DNA of 64,000 nucleotides from Collinsella sp. (GTDB taxonomy: Bacteria > Actinomycetota > Coriobacteriia > Coriobacteriales > Coriobacteriaceae), in contig JAXJEC010000042.1 of assembly GCA_036301625.1 (NCBI GenBank), positions 11,229-75,228 on the forward strand, in the 5' to 3' direction. Made by a program: the position numbers and the translations under genes. Positions 34,766 through 44,808 of the stretch are shown here, in pieces; position 1 is the stretch's first letter, and each line of letters begins with the position of its first letter. The notes beneath the pieces were generated by a model, which searched no databases, had not been told where the DNA came from, and saw nothing but the letters and a program-made list of their open reading frames with translations.

Positions 34766-36285
34766 TGGTCCCTCCTTCCCTGGTACATCGCCGCCTCGAG
34801 CACGTGGTCCTGCGTCACTTGTTCGCTCTCGGCGACATCTGCGATCGTGCGCGCAATGCGAACCAGGCGCACGATGCCGCGCCCTGTGAGATGTGTGCGT
34901 TTGGACAGACCGAGCACACACTTCTCCGCCGCATCATCGAGCTCAAAGGTCGAAACGACGCCGTCAATGGACCGTGTCTCGTCATCCTCGGCCTCGGCAT
35001 CCGCATCGTCCATACGGGACTCGCGCCAGGCGCGAAAGGCGCGACCGCGCACAACGTAGTCACGTAACTCGGCCGACGACATACCCTCCGCGCCCTCGAT
35101 AATCACCTGGGGGTCGGGACGGGTCACATCGATCATCATGTCGATACGGTCGGCCAAAGGACCGCGCAGCTTTGCCCGATAGCGCTCCACCATCGCCGCC
35201 GAGCAGCGACACGGCACCTCGCGATCGCCCAAAAAGCCGCAGGGGCAGGGATTGCTCGCAGCCAGCAGTTGAAAGCGCGACGGGAAGGTAAAGGCCCCGT
35301 CGACGCGTACGATCCTCACATAGCCACGTTCGATGGGCTGACGCAGCGTCTGCAGCACACCCGTGGGAAACTCGGCAAGCTCGTCCAAAAAGAGCACACC
35401 GCCATGAGCAAGGCTGATCTCACCCGGGTGCACCGGGCGCCCACCGCCGATAAGGCCTGCGGTCGAAATACTGTGATGGGGACTGCGGAAGGGCCGGTGC
35501 CCCGCCAACAAGCCATCAATGTTCTCACCCAAAACCGAATGGATGCACAGCGCCTCCTGTTGATCCTCAACAGAAAGCTCGGGCAGGATGCCGGTCATAC
35601 GACGTGCGAGCATCGTCTTGCCCGATCCCGGGGACCCAATCATGAGCAAGCCGAGTTCTCCTGCCGCCGCAAGCGCCATGCCGCGTTTGGCAACCTCCTG
35701 CCCCAGCACGTCGGCATAGTCGAGCTCGGGCTCAAAGGTCGCCTCAGGCCCTTCAGAATCCAGGTAGTGCCGCGCGGCATCGCCCATACCATGAGCAAGC
35801 TGAGACAAATGATCGATAAAGCCGCAATCCACGCCCGCGAGTGGCACATGCTGGTCGGACCTGCCGGCGATAAAAGACAGCCCCATGTCGCGAGCCAATA
35901 GCTGAAACGCCACCTCGCCCTTGACGGGAAGCACCGTACCGTCCAGACCAAGCTCACCTGCGATAAGGCAGCGATCGAGGTTGTCACGGGGAATCTGCTC
36001 ATCGGCCGCTAGAACCGCGATGGCGATGGGCAGGTCAAAGCCGCTACCGGTCTTGCGGATATCGCCGGGTGCCAGGTTAACGGTAATGCCCGAGCGCGGG
36101 ATCTCGAACCCGGCGGAGCGCATCGCGCAGCGAATACGACCGCGTGACTCCATCACCTCCATACTCGGAATGCCGAGCATCTGGATGCCCGGAACGCCAC
36201 CGGCAAGCGAGACCTCGACCGTGACGTGAATTGCCTCGACGCCGCGGATGCAGGCCGCGTGTACGGCAAACGTCTCGAACGCCAT
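34762..36285 (-). CDS. comM: ComM/YifB Mg-chelatase-like AAA ATPase
   Basis: NLAPGDIRKTGSGFDLPIA, GSPGSGKTMLA, PFRSPHHS, NPCPCG. Confidence 0.95.
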   Translation of the reverse strand: MAFETFAVHAACIRGVEAIHVTVEVSLAGGVPGIQMLGIPSMEVMESRGRIRCAMRSAGFEIPRSGITVNLAPGDIRKTGSGFDLPIAIAVLAADEQIPRDNLDRCLIAGELGLDGTVLPVKGEVAFQLLARDMGLSFIAGRSDQHVPLAGVDCGFIDHLSQLAHGMGDAARHYLDSEGPEATFEPELDYADVLGQEVAKRGMALAAAGELGLLMIGSPGSGKTMLARRMTGILPELSVEDQQEALCIHSVLGENIDGLLAGHRPFRSPHHSISTAGLIGGGRPVHPGEISLAHGGVLFLDELAEFPTGVLQTLRQPIERGYVRIVRVDGAFTFPSRFQLLAASNPCPCGFLGDREVPCRCSAAMVERYRAKLRGPLADRIDMMIDVTRPDPQVIIEGAEGMSSAELRDYVVRGRAFRAWRESRMDDADAEAEDDETRSIDGVVSTFELDDAAEKCVLGLSKRTHLTGRGIVRLVRIARTIADVAESEQVTQDHVLEAAMYQGRRDQ

Positions 36286-36770
36286 CACGACACCTGCCAA
36301 TCGAACGCATTGTACTGGTGCTCGATCTCGGCGATATGCCCGCCGCGGATGGTGACGCCCACGGCATCGAAGCGAATCAACCTGAGCGGATAGTGCTCCA
36401 TGAGATAGCAACTTGCGATACGGCGATACCGACGCTGCTTTCGGGCGTCCACGGCCTCCTCGGGAAAGACCCGCGTGCTGCAATCCAGAGCGACGCGTCT
36501 CGTCTTGACCTCGGCCATCACCACGACATCGTCGAGCTCATCGAGCAGCACCAGATCGGCTTCGCCCTCAATGCAACGATAGCCCTGCTCCAACAAGGTG
36601 TATCCACGCTCGTTAAAGTAATCGATGGTGATCAGCTCGCCCAGCATGCCGAGCTCGCGGGGACTGAGCCCCTTAATAAACTCGGGCGTAATCGCCCCGC
36701 AGTCGAGCTCGCCGTCTTCCCAGCGCTCCTTGAGTTGCTGCGTCTTGCTCTTTTTGCTTGTGGCACACAT
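36285..36770 (-). CDS. yraN: YraN family nuclease
   Basis: G..GE, GEADLV, EVKTR, EAV...K, RFD. Confidence 0.9.
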   Translation of the reverse strand: MCATSKKSKTQQLKERWEDGELDCGAITPEFIKGLSPRELGMLGELITIDYFNERGYTLLEQGYRCIEGEADLVLLDELDDVVVMAEVKTRRVALDCSTRVFPEEAVDARKQRRYRRIASCYLMEHYPLRLIRFDAVGVTIRGGHIAEIEHQYNAFDWQVS

Positions 36771-36841
36771 GGGGTCTCCTTTCCCGCACACTGCATTGCC
36801 CCGATGATGAGGGCACCTTTCATGCGGGTAAGTACCGGAAG

Positions 36842-36861
36842 CAAACCAAAAGCTGACCAAA
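36842..36861 (-). promoter_or_regulatory. Putative competence-regulon box (copy 2)
   Basis: caaaccaaaagctgaccaaa, 72 nt upstream of yraN start; matches 7871..7890 at 18/20. Confidence 0.5.
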
Positions 36862-36959
36862 TGCCGACAAAAAACGGGCCGTACGCAACAATCACGTTGC
36901 ACACGGCCCGCTACCAGCAGGTTTATAAAACGCCAGAGATCCCTGTCTCCACAATTGAC

Positions 36960-37748
36960 CTAGAAAAGACGCTCAGTCTGCAGAAAGTTTCCGCAAAAGC
37001 TCACACGATGCAGCGGACAAAGTCCGTGTTTGCGAATCGCCTCGATGTGCTCGGGGCTTGCGTAGCCCTTCGACTCGGCCAAATGATACTCGGGGTACTC
37101 GGCGTCGTACTCGACCATCATCTCGTCACGCGTGACCTTGGCCATGATGGACGCCGCGGCGATACAGGCGATTTTGGCATCGCCCTTCACCACGTCGCGC
37201 TCGTTGGGAACGGCACCCAGGGGGTTACCGTCCATAAGCACGCAATCGGGCTCGAGCCCCGTATCGGCCACGGCGCCCGCGACGGCAGCGCGGATGGCGC
37301 GGGCCATGCCCATATCATCGATATCCGCAGGCGCGATATGGCAAAAACCAATCGCCGTCGCGACCTCGGCAATCTTCACCGAGAGCAGCTCGCGGCGCGC
37401 CGGCGTGAGCTTTTTGGAATCATTGATGCCCCAGACGCGCGGCTCCATGGGAAGACACACGGCGCACACCGTCAAAGGACCGGCCACCGAGCCGCGACCC
37501 ACCTCGTCGACACCCACGACCACGCCATCCCCACCGAGCTCGTACATCAGCTCGTACATGCCGTTGACGCGCTCGCGCTCGGCAAGTTCCTTGTTATGGC
37601 GCTTAAGAGCACGCTCGCAAGCCTTGATCACTTGCTGGCGCGGATCCTCACGATAATGCTCCACGAGGGCGGGAATCTCCTCAAACGTGGCGCTCGCCAG
37701 CTCGCCGGCAACCTGCGATGCCGAAACCGAGCTCGTCATGTTGGCCAT
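36960..37748 (-). CDS. rnhB: Ribonuclease HII
   Basis: GVDEVGRG, DSKKL, AAASIMAKVTRD. Confidence 0.97.
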   Translation of the reverse strand: MANMTSSVSASQVAGELASATFEEIPALVEHYREDPRQQVIKACERALKRHNKELAERERVNGMYELMYELGGDGVVVGVDEVGRGSVAGPLTVCAVCLPMEPRVWGINDSKKLTPARRELLSVKIAEVATAIGFCHIAPADIDDMGMARAIRAAVAGAVADTGLEPDCVLMDGNPLGAVPNERDVVKGDAKIACIAAASIMAKVTRDEMMVEYDAEYPEYHLAESKGYASPEHIEAIRKHGLCPLHRVSFCGNFLQTERLF

Positions 37749-37841
37749 ATCGGGGCCTCCTTGCATGCAAATCAGATAAAAAGAAGGGCCACCCGAAGGT
37801 GACCCTTTTGTCCAAACGAGTGGACAGACGCTGCGATCTTC

Positions 37842-38183
37842 TTAGCGCTTCTCGGGGATGCGAGCAGCCTTGCCCACCTTGTCGCGGAGGTAGTACAGCT
37901 TGGCGCGACGGACGCGACCATGACGGACGACCTCGAGCTTGGCGATCTTGGGGCTGTGAAGCGGGAAGGTACGCTCAACACCGACACCGAAGGAAATCTT
38001 GCGGACGGTGAAGGTCTCACGGGCACCGGCGCCGGCCATGCGGATGACGTCACCCTGGAAAACCTGGATGCGCTCGCGGTCGCCTTCCTTAATGCGGTAG
38101 TGAACCTTGACGTTGTCGGCAACGCGGACCTGCGGGATGTCCTCGCGGATCTGCTGACGCTCGATTGCGCGGATGTAATCCAT
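37842..38183 (-). CDS. rplS: 50S ribosomal protein L19
   Basis: [26 protein letters not shown]. Confidence 0.98.
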   Translation of the reverse strand: MDYIRAIERQQIREDIPQVRVADNVKVHYRIKEGDRERIQVFQGDVIRMAGAGARETFTVRKISFGVGVERTFPLHSPKIAKLEVVRHGRVRRAKLYYLRDKVGKAARIPEKR

Positions 38184-38394
38184 GTGCAATTCCTTACTCT
38201 TCTAGAGGTGCCGTACCACCTTGGCCGGCACGTAGTTGAACAAACGCATTCGAGTATACACGCGCAGGTTTGCGCTGCAAGAACTATTTTTTACGCAGAC
38301 AAAAAGACAAAACCCGCACATGATAACCGCCCGCCTCACGAATGAGACGGGCGGCATGAAGGGGGGGCTACGTTACGCGCGGAAACGCAAGACC

Positions 38395-41145
38395 TTAGGC
38401 GTTACGCTTGGCCTCGAGCTTGGCCTGGGCCGCAGCAAGACGCGCGAGCGGCACGCGGTAGGGCGAACAGGATACGTAATCCACGTCGGCCACGTTGAAC
38501 AGGCCCTTGATGGACTTGGGGTCGCCGCCGTGCTCGCCGCATACGCCAAAGTGCATACCGGGATTGGTGGCACGGCCCTTCTCGACTGCCATGCGCACCA
38601 GCTCGAGCACCGCCGTGTCGATGGTCTCGAAGGGGTTCTCCTTCAAGATCTTCTTGTGCAGGTACAGCGGGATGAACTTGGCCTCGGCATCGTCGCGGGA
38701 GAAGCCGAAGGTCGTCTGCGTGAGGTCGTTGGTGCCAAAGCAGAAGAAATCGGCGTGCTGGGCGATCTCGTCGGCGACCATGCAGGCGCGCGGCAGCTCG
38801 AGCATCGTACCCACAGGAATGTTGAGCTCGACGCCCTCCTCGGCGGAAACCTCGGCGATCACGCGCTCGATGACCTCGCGGGTCTGGACATGCTCGGCCG
38901 TGATGGAAACGAGCGGAACCATGATCTCGGGGCGCGGGTCGACGCCTTCCTTGATAAGGCGAGCGGCAGCCGTTGCCACGGCACGGACCTGCATGAGCGG
39001 CAGGTCACCGAAGACGACTGACAGACGCACACCGCGCAGGCCGAGCATGGGGTTGGACTCGACCATGCCGTCGATGCGACGCAGGCGGGCACGCAGGGCG
39101 GCGAGCTCCTCCTCGGGAGCGCCAGCAGCCTCCTTCTTGGTGATGGCGACCTCGAGCTCGCGGGGATCGTCCAGGAACTCGTGAAGCGGCGGATCGATCA
39201 GGCGAACGACCACGTCGCGGCCGGTCATGGTCTTAAACATGGCCAGGAAGTCCTCGGTCTGGACCTTGAGCAGATCGGCCAAGGCCTGCTGCTTCACGGC
39301 CTCGTCATCGGACAGGATGAAGCTCTGGATGATGTTCTTGCGATCGCCCAGGAACATATGCTCGGTGCGGCACAGGCCGATGGCCTCGGCGCCAAACTCG
39401 AGCGCGAGCTCGGCGTCCTCGGGGTTGTCGGCGTTGACGCGCACGTGGTTGGCGTGGCCGCAGGTCTCATCCAGACGAATCTCATCGGCCCAGGACAGGA
39501 TAGTGTCCAGGTCACCAGTAAGCTCGGCGGAGACCAAGTCAACGGCGCCGTCGACAACGATGCCCTGGGTACCGTCGATGGAGATGATGTCGCCCTCGTG
39601 CAGTACGCGATCGCTACCCTCGATACGCACGACCTTCTCGGCCGCGTCGATATGGAAGCGCTCGACACCGCAGACGCAGGGCGTACCCATGCCGCGGGCG
39701 ATAACGGCGGCATGGCTCGTCTTGCCACCGTGGCTCGTCAGGATGCCCTCGGCGGCAACCATGCCCTTCAGGTCGTCAGGGTTGGTCTCCCAACGGACCA
39801 GGATGACCTTGTGGCCCTCGGCGGAACGCGCGACGGCGTCGTCGCTCGAGAACACGACCTCGCCCACGGCGGCACCGGGGCTGGCGTTAAGACCGGTCGC
39901 GAGCGCCTCGTACTTCTTGGAGGAGTCGAACTGCGGGTGCAGGAGCTGATCGAGCTGCGCAGGATCGATGCGGCCCACGGCCTCCTCGCGGGTGATGAGG
40001 CCCTCCTCGACCATCTCGATGGCGATGCGCAGGGCGGCGGTGGCGGTTCGCTTGCCCACGCGGGTCTGGAGCATCCAGAGCTTGCCCTGCTCGATGGTGA
40101 ACTCGATGTCGCACATGTCGCGATAGTGATCCTCGAGCGTCAGGAACACGCGCTCGAGCTCCTCGCCTGCGGACTCAAGCCCCGGAGTGGTCTTGAGATC
40201 GGCGATGGGCTCGGTGTTGCGAATGCCGGCGACGACGTCCTCGCCCTGGGCGTTGACCAGAAAGTCGCCGTAGAACTCCTTGGTGCCGTCGGCCGGGTTG
40301 CGGGTGAAGGCGACGCCGGTCGCAGAGGTCTCGCCCTTGTTGCCAAAAGCCATGGCCTGGACGTTGACGGCGGTGCCGAGCTCGTCGGAGATGCCGTGCT
40401 GCTTGCGGTAAATGCAGGCGCGCTCGTTCATCCAGCTGCCAAAGACGGCCTGGATGGCAAGGCGAAGCTGGAGCTCCGGATCGTGCGGAAAGACGGGCTT
40501 ACCATCGGCGACCTCGAGCTCGGGGTACAGGGCGGCCTCGACGTTGGCGGAGAAGATGCCCTTGAAGGTCTCGACGAGCTCCTGCAGGTCCTCGGCCGAA
40601 AGCTCGGAATCGACGCGGACGCCGGCAACCAGGCGGGCCTGGGTCAGGGCGTTCTCGAACAGGTCGGCGTCGACGCCCATGACGACGTTGGAGAACATCT
40701 GGATAAAGCGGCGATAGCTGTCCCAAGCAAAGCGCGGGTTCTGCGTCTGGGCGATGAGGCCCAGGACGGAATCGTCGTTGAGGCCCAGATTGAGGACCGT
40801 GTCCATCATGCCGGGCATGGAGAACGGAGCGCCAGAGCGCACCGAGACGAGCAGCGGATCGTTGGCATCTCCGAGCTTCTTGCCGCAGCGGGCTTCGAGG
40901 TCGGCCTCGGCGGCAACGATCTCGTCAAGCGCGCCGGCAGGCCAAACATTGCCGGCACCGGAGTACTCAACGCAGGTCTGGCAGGTAATGGTAAAGCCAC
41001 CGGGGACCGGCAGGCCGATACGGCTCATCTCGGCAAGGTTAGCGCCCTTGCCGCCAAGCACAAAGTTCATAGACTTGTCGCCCTCGGTGACACAAGTGCC
41101 CTGGGCGTCGGTTCCAAAACGGTAAACCCTCTTGCAATCGCTCAC
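38395..41145 (-). CDS. ppdK: Pyruvate, phosphate dikinase
   Basis: GGKGANLAEM, SMPGMMDT, GGKTSHAAV, GVCGEHGG; GTG start. Confidence 0.98.
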   Translation of the reverse strand: MSDCKRVYRFGTDAQGTCVTEGDKSMNFVLGGKGANLAEMSRIGLPVPGGFTITCQTCVEYSGAGNVWPAGALDEIVAAEADLEARCGKKLGDANDPLLVSVRSGAPFSMPGMMDTVLNLGLNDDSVLGLIAQTQNPRFAWDSYRRFIQMFSNVVMGVDADLFENALTQARLVAGVRVDSELSAEDLQELVETFKGIFSANVEAALYPELEVADGKPVFPHDPELQLRLAIQAVFGSWMNERACIYRKQHGISDELGTAVNVQAMAFGNKGETSATGVAFTRNPADGTKEFYGDFLVNAQGEDVVAGIRNTEPIADLKTTPGLESAGEELERVFLTLEDHYRDMCDIEFTIEQGKLWMLQTRVGKRTATAALRIAIEMVEEGLITREEAVGRIDPAQLDQLLHPQFDSSKKYEALATGLNASPGAAVGEVVFSSDDAVARSAEGHKVILVRWETNPDDLKGMVAAEGILTSHGGKTSHAAVIARGMGTPCVCGVERFHIDAAEKVVRIEGSDRVLHEGDIISIDGTQGIVVDGAVDLVSAELTGDLDTILSWADEIRLDETCGHANHVRVNADNPEDAELALEFGAEAIGLCRTEHMFLGDRKNIIQSFILSDDEAVKQQALADLLKVQTEDFLAMFKTMTGRDVVVRLIDPPLHEFLDDPRELEVAITKKEAAGAPEEELAALRARLRRIDGMVESNPMLGLRGVRLSVVFGDLPLMQVRAVATAAARLIKEGVDPRPEIMVPLVSITAEHVQTREVIERVIAEVSAEEGVELNIPVGTMLELPRACMVADEIAQHADFFCFGTNDLTQTTFGFSRDDAEAKFIPLYLHKKILKENPFETIDTAVLELVRMAVEKGRATNPGMHFGVCGEHGGDPKSIKGLFNVADVDYVSCSPYRVPLARLAAAQAKLEAKRNA

Positions 41146-41364
41146 GATACTTCCCCTTCTATGTGTTCGCACACACGACCGTGGTAACGAATCGACCCGC
41201 CGGATGCGGACCGTGAGGGAACTATACGGCGGGTTTTGGGCGGGCTTGAGCAGAGGCTGCGCGGTTTGGTAAACGTGCTAAAACTGGCGGTAAACGGTAG
41301 GTAAAGGTGGTTACCTTATGAAGATACCAGTACAACGTAGTCGCAGGTCAAAAGCGGTATAAAC

Positions 41365-41382
41365 TGCTAAAGCGCTTTAGCA
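41365..41382. promoter_or_regulatory. Perfect 18-bp palindrome, LacI-type operator upstream of ppdK
   Basis: tgctaaagcgctttagca. Confidence 0.6.
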
Positions 41383-41477
41383 AAAAGCTGTAATTATTGG
41401 AATGGAATCTCTTAAACTACGCAATAGCCAAGAAAGACAAAATCTATCAGAAGTATTTGTCCCAGGGATTTTGGTCA

Positions 41478-41571
41478 GAGTAGCTAATTTGGGACGGGGC
41501 TATTTTAGCCACCCCGGCAGATAGCGCGAATGCTTTGGCGGAGTAACGGCCGGGGTAGCTAAAAAAGCCCC
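41478..41571. repeat. REPIN-like inverted repeat, family B: intact left arm plus 5' half of right arm
   Basis: gagtagctaatttgggacggggctattttagccaccccggc (41478..41518), 30-nt spacer, gccggggtagctaaaaaagcccc (41549..41571). Confidence 0.85.
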
Positions 41572-41776
41572 ATTACAGTTTGAGTCGTCCGAAAGGGCGG
41601 CTCCTTACTAGTTCTGGTAATACGATTGAGCCGTACCGATGGTCGCTGGCCGACCGCGACCGCGACGCGGCCTCCACCCGAGACCCCCATCTCGACACAT
41701 AGCCCGTCATCCGACGAAAGCGCGCAGGTCGTCCTGTATAGGCGCATGGTGTCCCCCTCCGCCGCAAGAGGGAAAC

Positions 41777-41813
41777 GAAAAAGCCCCTCTTTGCCACTAC
41801 GGACAAAAGGGGC
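41777..41813 (-). terminator. Terminator-like hairpin
   Basis: gcccctctttgcc...ggacaaaaggggc with adjacent A5 (T5 on minus strand). Confidence 0.55.
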
Positions 41814-41891
41814 CTCCCAGGGGAAACGTGTTACAAAGCCTTCTTTGCAGGACGATGAAGATCAGAAACCCAACGTCGTACGCGTAGGGAC

Positions 41892-42487
41892 TTACCCAAC
41901 ACCCACGCCATTTCGATCTTCTGGGCCTTCAACGCCACGTCCCGATAAGCATCCGGGCATCGGAATGACCTCGTCGCAAGCCGCAAGCATCTCTTCGTCA
42001 TGAGTGACAACAATTACAATATGGTCTCTCTTAACCTCATGAAGCAATTTAATTAGCGCGCTCCGGCTCTTCGCATCAAGCGCTGAAGTTGACTCAAGAA
42101 ACAACATGACGTCCGGCGATTTCAACATCTGCCGCACAATTGCGATGTTCTGCTTCTCCCCGCCGGACACCCCTCCTTTCTTGCTGCCAAGCATCGCTGC
42201 CGCCCCGTTCTCCGCAGCGGCAATCATTTTGTCTAACCCCAATATGGCAAGCATCCGATTCAGTTTGTCGGCCTCGAAATCATCAGAAAGCAGCGTAAGA
42301 TTATCGAGGATCGTCCCCCCAACAATAGGGGGCTCTTGCTCCGTAATGCCAACTCGGCACCGCCGCAATGCGTATCGGTCGATGCGACGCTGTGATACCC
42401 CGTTGTAGAGGACGGCCCCTTCCGTGTTATCTGGATATAGACCCAATATCACTGACAGCAGCGAGCTCTTCCCCGAGCCATTTCTTC
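41892..42487 (-). pseudogene. ABC transporter ATPase, C-terminal remnant
   Basis: Frame opens after a TAA with ARRNGSGKSS (Walker A lacking first G), VSGGEKQ, degenerate Walker B MLFLEST, VVTHD; no TM domain. Confidence 0.8.
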
Positions 42488-42577
42488 TTGCTTACTGTTT
42501 TTCTTATATTGTAACGATTTTCGATAAGAGGAAAGATTACTCCATGACGCGCAAGCCCGAACTCTAAGCGTTTCCCA

Positions 42578-44182
42578 TCAGCATTGCCCATTTTTCGGAT
42601 CGAAATCCAAATCCAGCTTCCTATCGCATGCTGAAATCAAATCCTGATCATGGCTTACAACAAGAATTAGCTGATCGAAGGGATTTCGATGAATATACTC
42701 CGTGAACTCCCGACGGCTTTCTTCATCTAAATCGTTCGTTGGTTCATCGAACACAAGCACTTCCGGCTGCCTGCGAAGTGCTGCGAATATCCTTAGCTTT
42801 CGATACTCTCCACCAGAAAGGTCTCTACAATTCTTGCCTTTTAACGATTCGACGGTTCGATAGAAACTCGGCACAAGCTCTCGGAGGTTTTCGCTCGATC
42901 CCCGAATCGACGTCCTCTCAAGGTAATTCTCCACCGTTTCGTTCGGAATAAAGAGCTTTTGCGGGCACACCGCAAACAGGTCCCGTCGGATCGTCTCCAT
43001 ATCGAGCTCTTCATATGGCACCGACCCCAAAGCCCGATGTCCCCCAGCAGAATATAGTCCAAGGAGCACCTTCAGAAACGTGCTTTTTCCGCATCCGTTC
43101 GGCCCGGTAATGGCATAGGTTTTTCCTTCCTCCACCTCCACGGAGAGGTCGCGGTATAAGTAGGGCTTTCCCGCGTATCGGTACGCGATGTTGGACAACG
43201 ATATGCTCTCCACGTGCCCAACCGTGAGGGTGCCGCGGTCCTCGGCGTCCTCCGTCAGAGCCCCCAATCGGTCGAACGAGGCCCTTGCGTCCTGATACGA
43301 TTTGAAATAATTCAAAAAATACTTGAAGCATCCGAACGCCATCGAGTAATACGAGTTCACCATTGTGAACTCGCCTAAGCTCATTCTTCCGCTCAATATT
43401 TCCATCCCGGAGATCACGAGCAGTGCCCCCCGAAACACAGACGAGATCAGGCCGTCGCTTGATGTGGCCAGATTCGAGACCCTACTTGCTTTCATGTAAA
43501 TCGGGTAGTACCCCTCGAATACCCCTTTGAGCGTCCGAGCGCTCTGGTTATATGCGCCATCGCACTTAATGTCAAACAACTGCGACAGCTCGCCGCTCAC
43601 GGACGCGAAAAGCTTACTCAAACCCTCCTTGTTCGCAAGCGAACTGTTGTACAACGGCTTTTTCAACGCCCTGAATAAAATGAAGTACGCAACAAGCGAA
43701 CATGCACTTAACACCAGGAACACCGGATTAATCGAAAACAGGATGATGCATATCAACACAACCAGAACGATGTTAAGCCCGATCGTCAGGAAGTTGTTCA
43801 CGACAAACGATGACACCGCATTCGAATCCGCATACACCCTCTGCGTTGTATAGGATGGATCCGCCTGCTCCCCCTTTTCCAGGGGCCCCCGTTCAAACGA
43901 CTCACACGTGGTCCCCATCAGTCTCGTCGTCATCTCCAAGATGACGCGCGATACGTTCACACCCATCGCATACGACATGAAGGAGGCCGATATCCCTATG
44001 CCCGCAACAAAGGCCGCAAACCACACGACGCGAGATGGATCCCTATTCGTCACGAGAAAGTCTACAAACCCACCGTTTAAGGCGGGCATGACGCACGAGA
44101 GAGCAAAATTCACCAGCATGAGAATCACGAAAAGCCGTGACCCTTTACACCGAAACAACTCGTGAACCGTCTTCTTAAACAT
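42578..44182 (-). CDS. ABC exporter (TMD + NBD), no C39 peptidase domain
   Basis: Hydrophobic N-half; GPNGCGKST, LSGGE, VLVFDEPT, VSHD. Confidence 0.92.
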   Translation of the reverse strand: MFKKTVHELFRCKGSRLFVILMLVNFALSCVMPALNGGFVDFLVTNRDPSRVVWFAAFVAGIGISASFMSYAMGVNVSRVILEMTTRLMGTTCESFERGPLEKGEQADPSYTTQRVYADSNAVSSFVVNNFLTIGLNIVLVVLICIILFSINPVFLVLSACSLVAYFILFRALKKPLYNSSLANKEGLSKLFASVSGELSQLFDIKCDGAYNQSARTLKGVFEGYYPIYMKASRVSNLATSSDGLISSVFRGALLVISGMEILSGRMSLGEFTMVNSYYSMAFGCFKYFLNYFKSYQDARASFDRLGALTEDAEDRGTLTVGHVESISLSNIAYRYAGKPYLYRDLSVEVEEGKTYAITGPNGCGKSTFLKVLLGLYSAGGHRALGSVPYEELDMETIRRDLFAVCPQKLFIPNETVENYLERTSIRGSSENLRELVPSFYRTVESLKGKNCRDLSGGEYRKLRIFAALRRQPEVLVFDEPTNDLDEESRREFTEYIHRNPFDQLILVVSHDQDLISACDRKLDLDFDPKNGQC

Positions 44183-44278
44183 GCCAGCTCCCATCAAGCG
44201 GCCTTTTATCCAAAACTGAATTTGCTCGCCGCTTAATCGCTCCCATATATCCCTTGTTGTTAATCCTTGCTCAAGACA

Positions 44279-44638
44279 TTATCTCGGGTTGCGGTGCCCA
44301 GGATTCCATTTCACCTTTATATACATACGAATAAGCCCCCTATTTGCATAGGCAAGCGCGGCGATTATAACAGCAGCCACCATCAGACCGAGAATAGCCC
44401 TTTTGTCCGGAAAAAGGGACGAGAGAAAAAGGCATATTGCGGAGAAAACTATAGACGCCCCCACCACTCGGTTTGCGCCTAGAGACTCGGCCGTCCGCTT
44501 TGCCTCCTCTAAACGCTCTCCCGATAGCAATGACATTCCGGCAAGCAATCCCGTGAGCTTGCCTCGATATATCATTATTCCGAACAACAGCAGCAGGCAT
44601 GACCCCACCATTGAAACCACAACGTCCGACATCGCCAT
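44279..44638 (-). CDS. Small 3-TM membrane protein, DUF3784-like; possible immunity protein
   Basis: Three hydrophobic segments; GKLTGLLAG resembles the DUF3784 G...LIAG motif. Confidence 0.55.
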   Translation of the reverse strand: MAMSDVVVSMVGSCLLLLFGIMIYRGKLTGLLAGMSLLSGERLEEAKRTAESLGANRVVGASIVFSAICLFLSSLFPDKRAILGLMVAAVIIAALAYANRGLIRMYIKVKWNPGHRNPR

Positions 44639-44684
44639 CACTCCAGTCCACTCCTTCAATACCAGCCCTATCGACAAACATCAA

Positions 44685-44760
44685 AACTTTTTTTAACCTA
44701 ATATTGTATATCGATATAAATATATTCTTTTATATATCGTTTCGATTTGTGATATTTTAT
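44685..44760. promoter_or_regulatory. AT-rich divergent promoter region with 12-bp palindrome tatatcgatata (44707..44718)
   Basis: Very AT-rich intergenic stretch between divergent operons. Confidence 0.5.
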
Positions 44761-44808
44761 CGAACGAGTTGCTATTCGAGGAAGATAGGCCACAACCAAA
44801 GGAGATCA

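Noticed and set aside
41628..41670. gagccgtac... as group II intron domain V
   Set aside because: The remainder does not fit the domain V stem and no RT/maturase is present
44599..44808. 70-aa N-terminal extension of the RRE protein
   Set aside because: Crosses the AT-rich promoter and overlaps the divergent gene; ATG 44809 has a strong RBS
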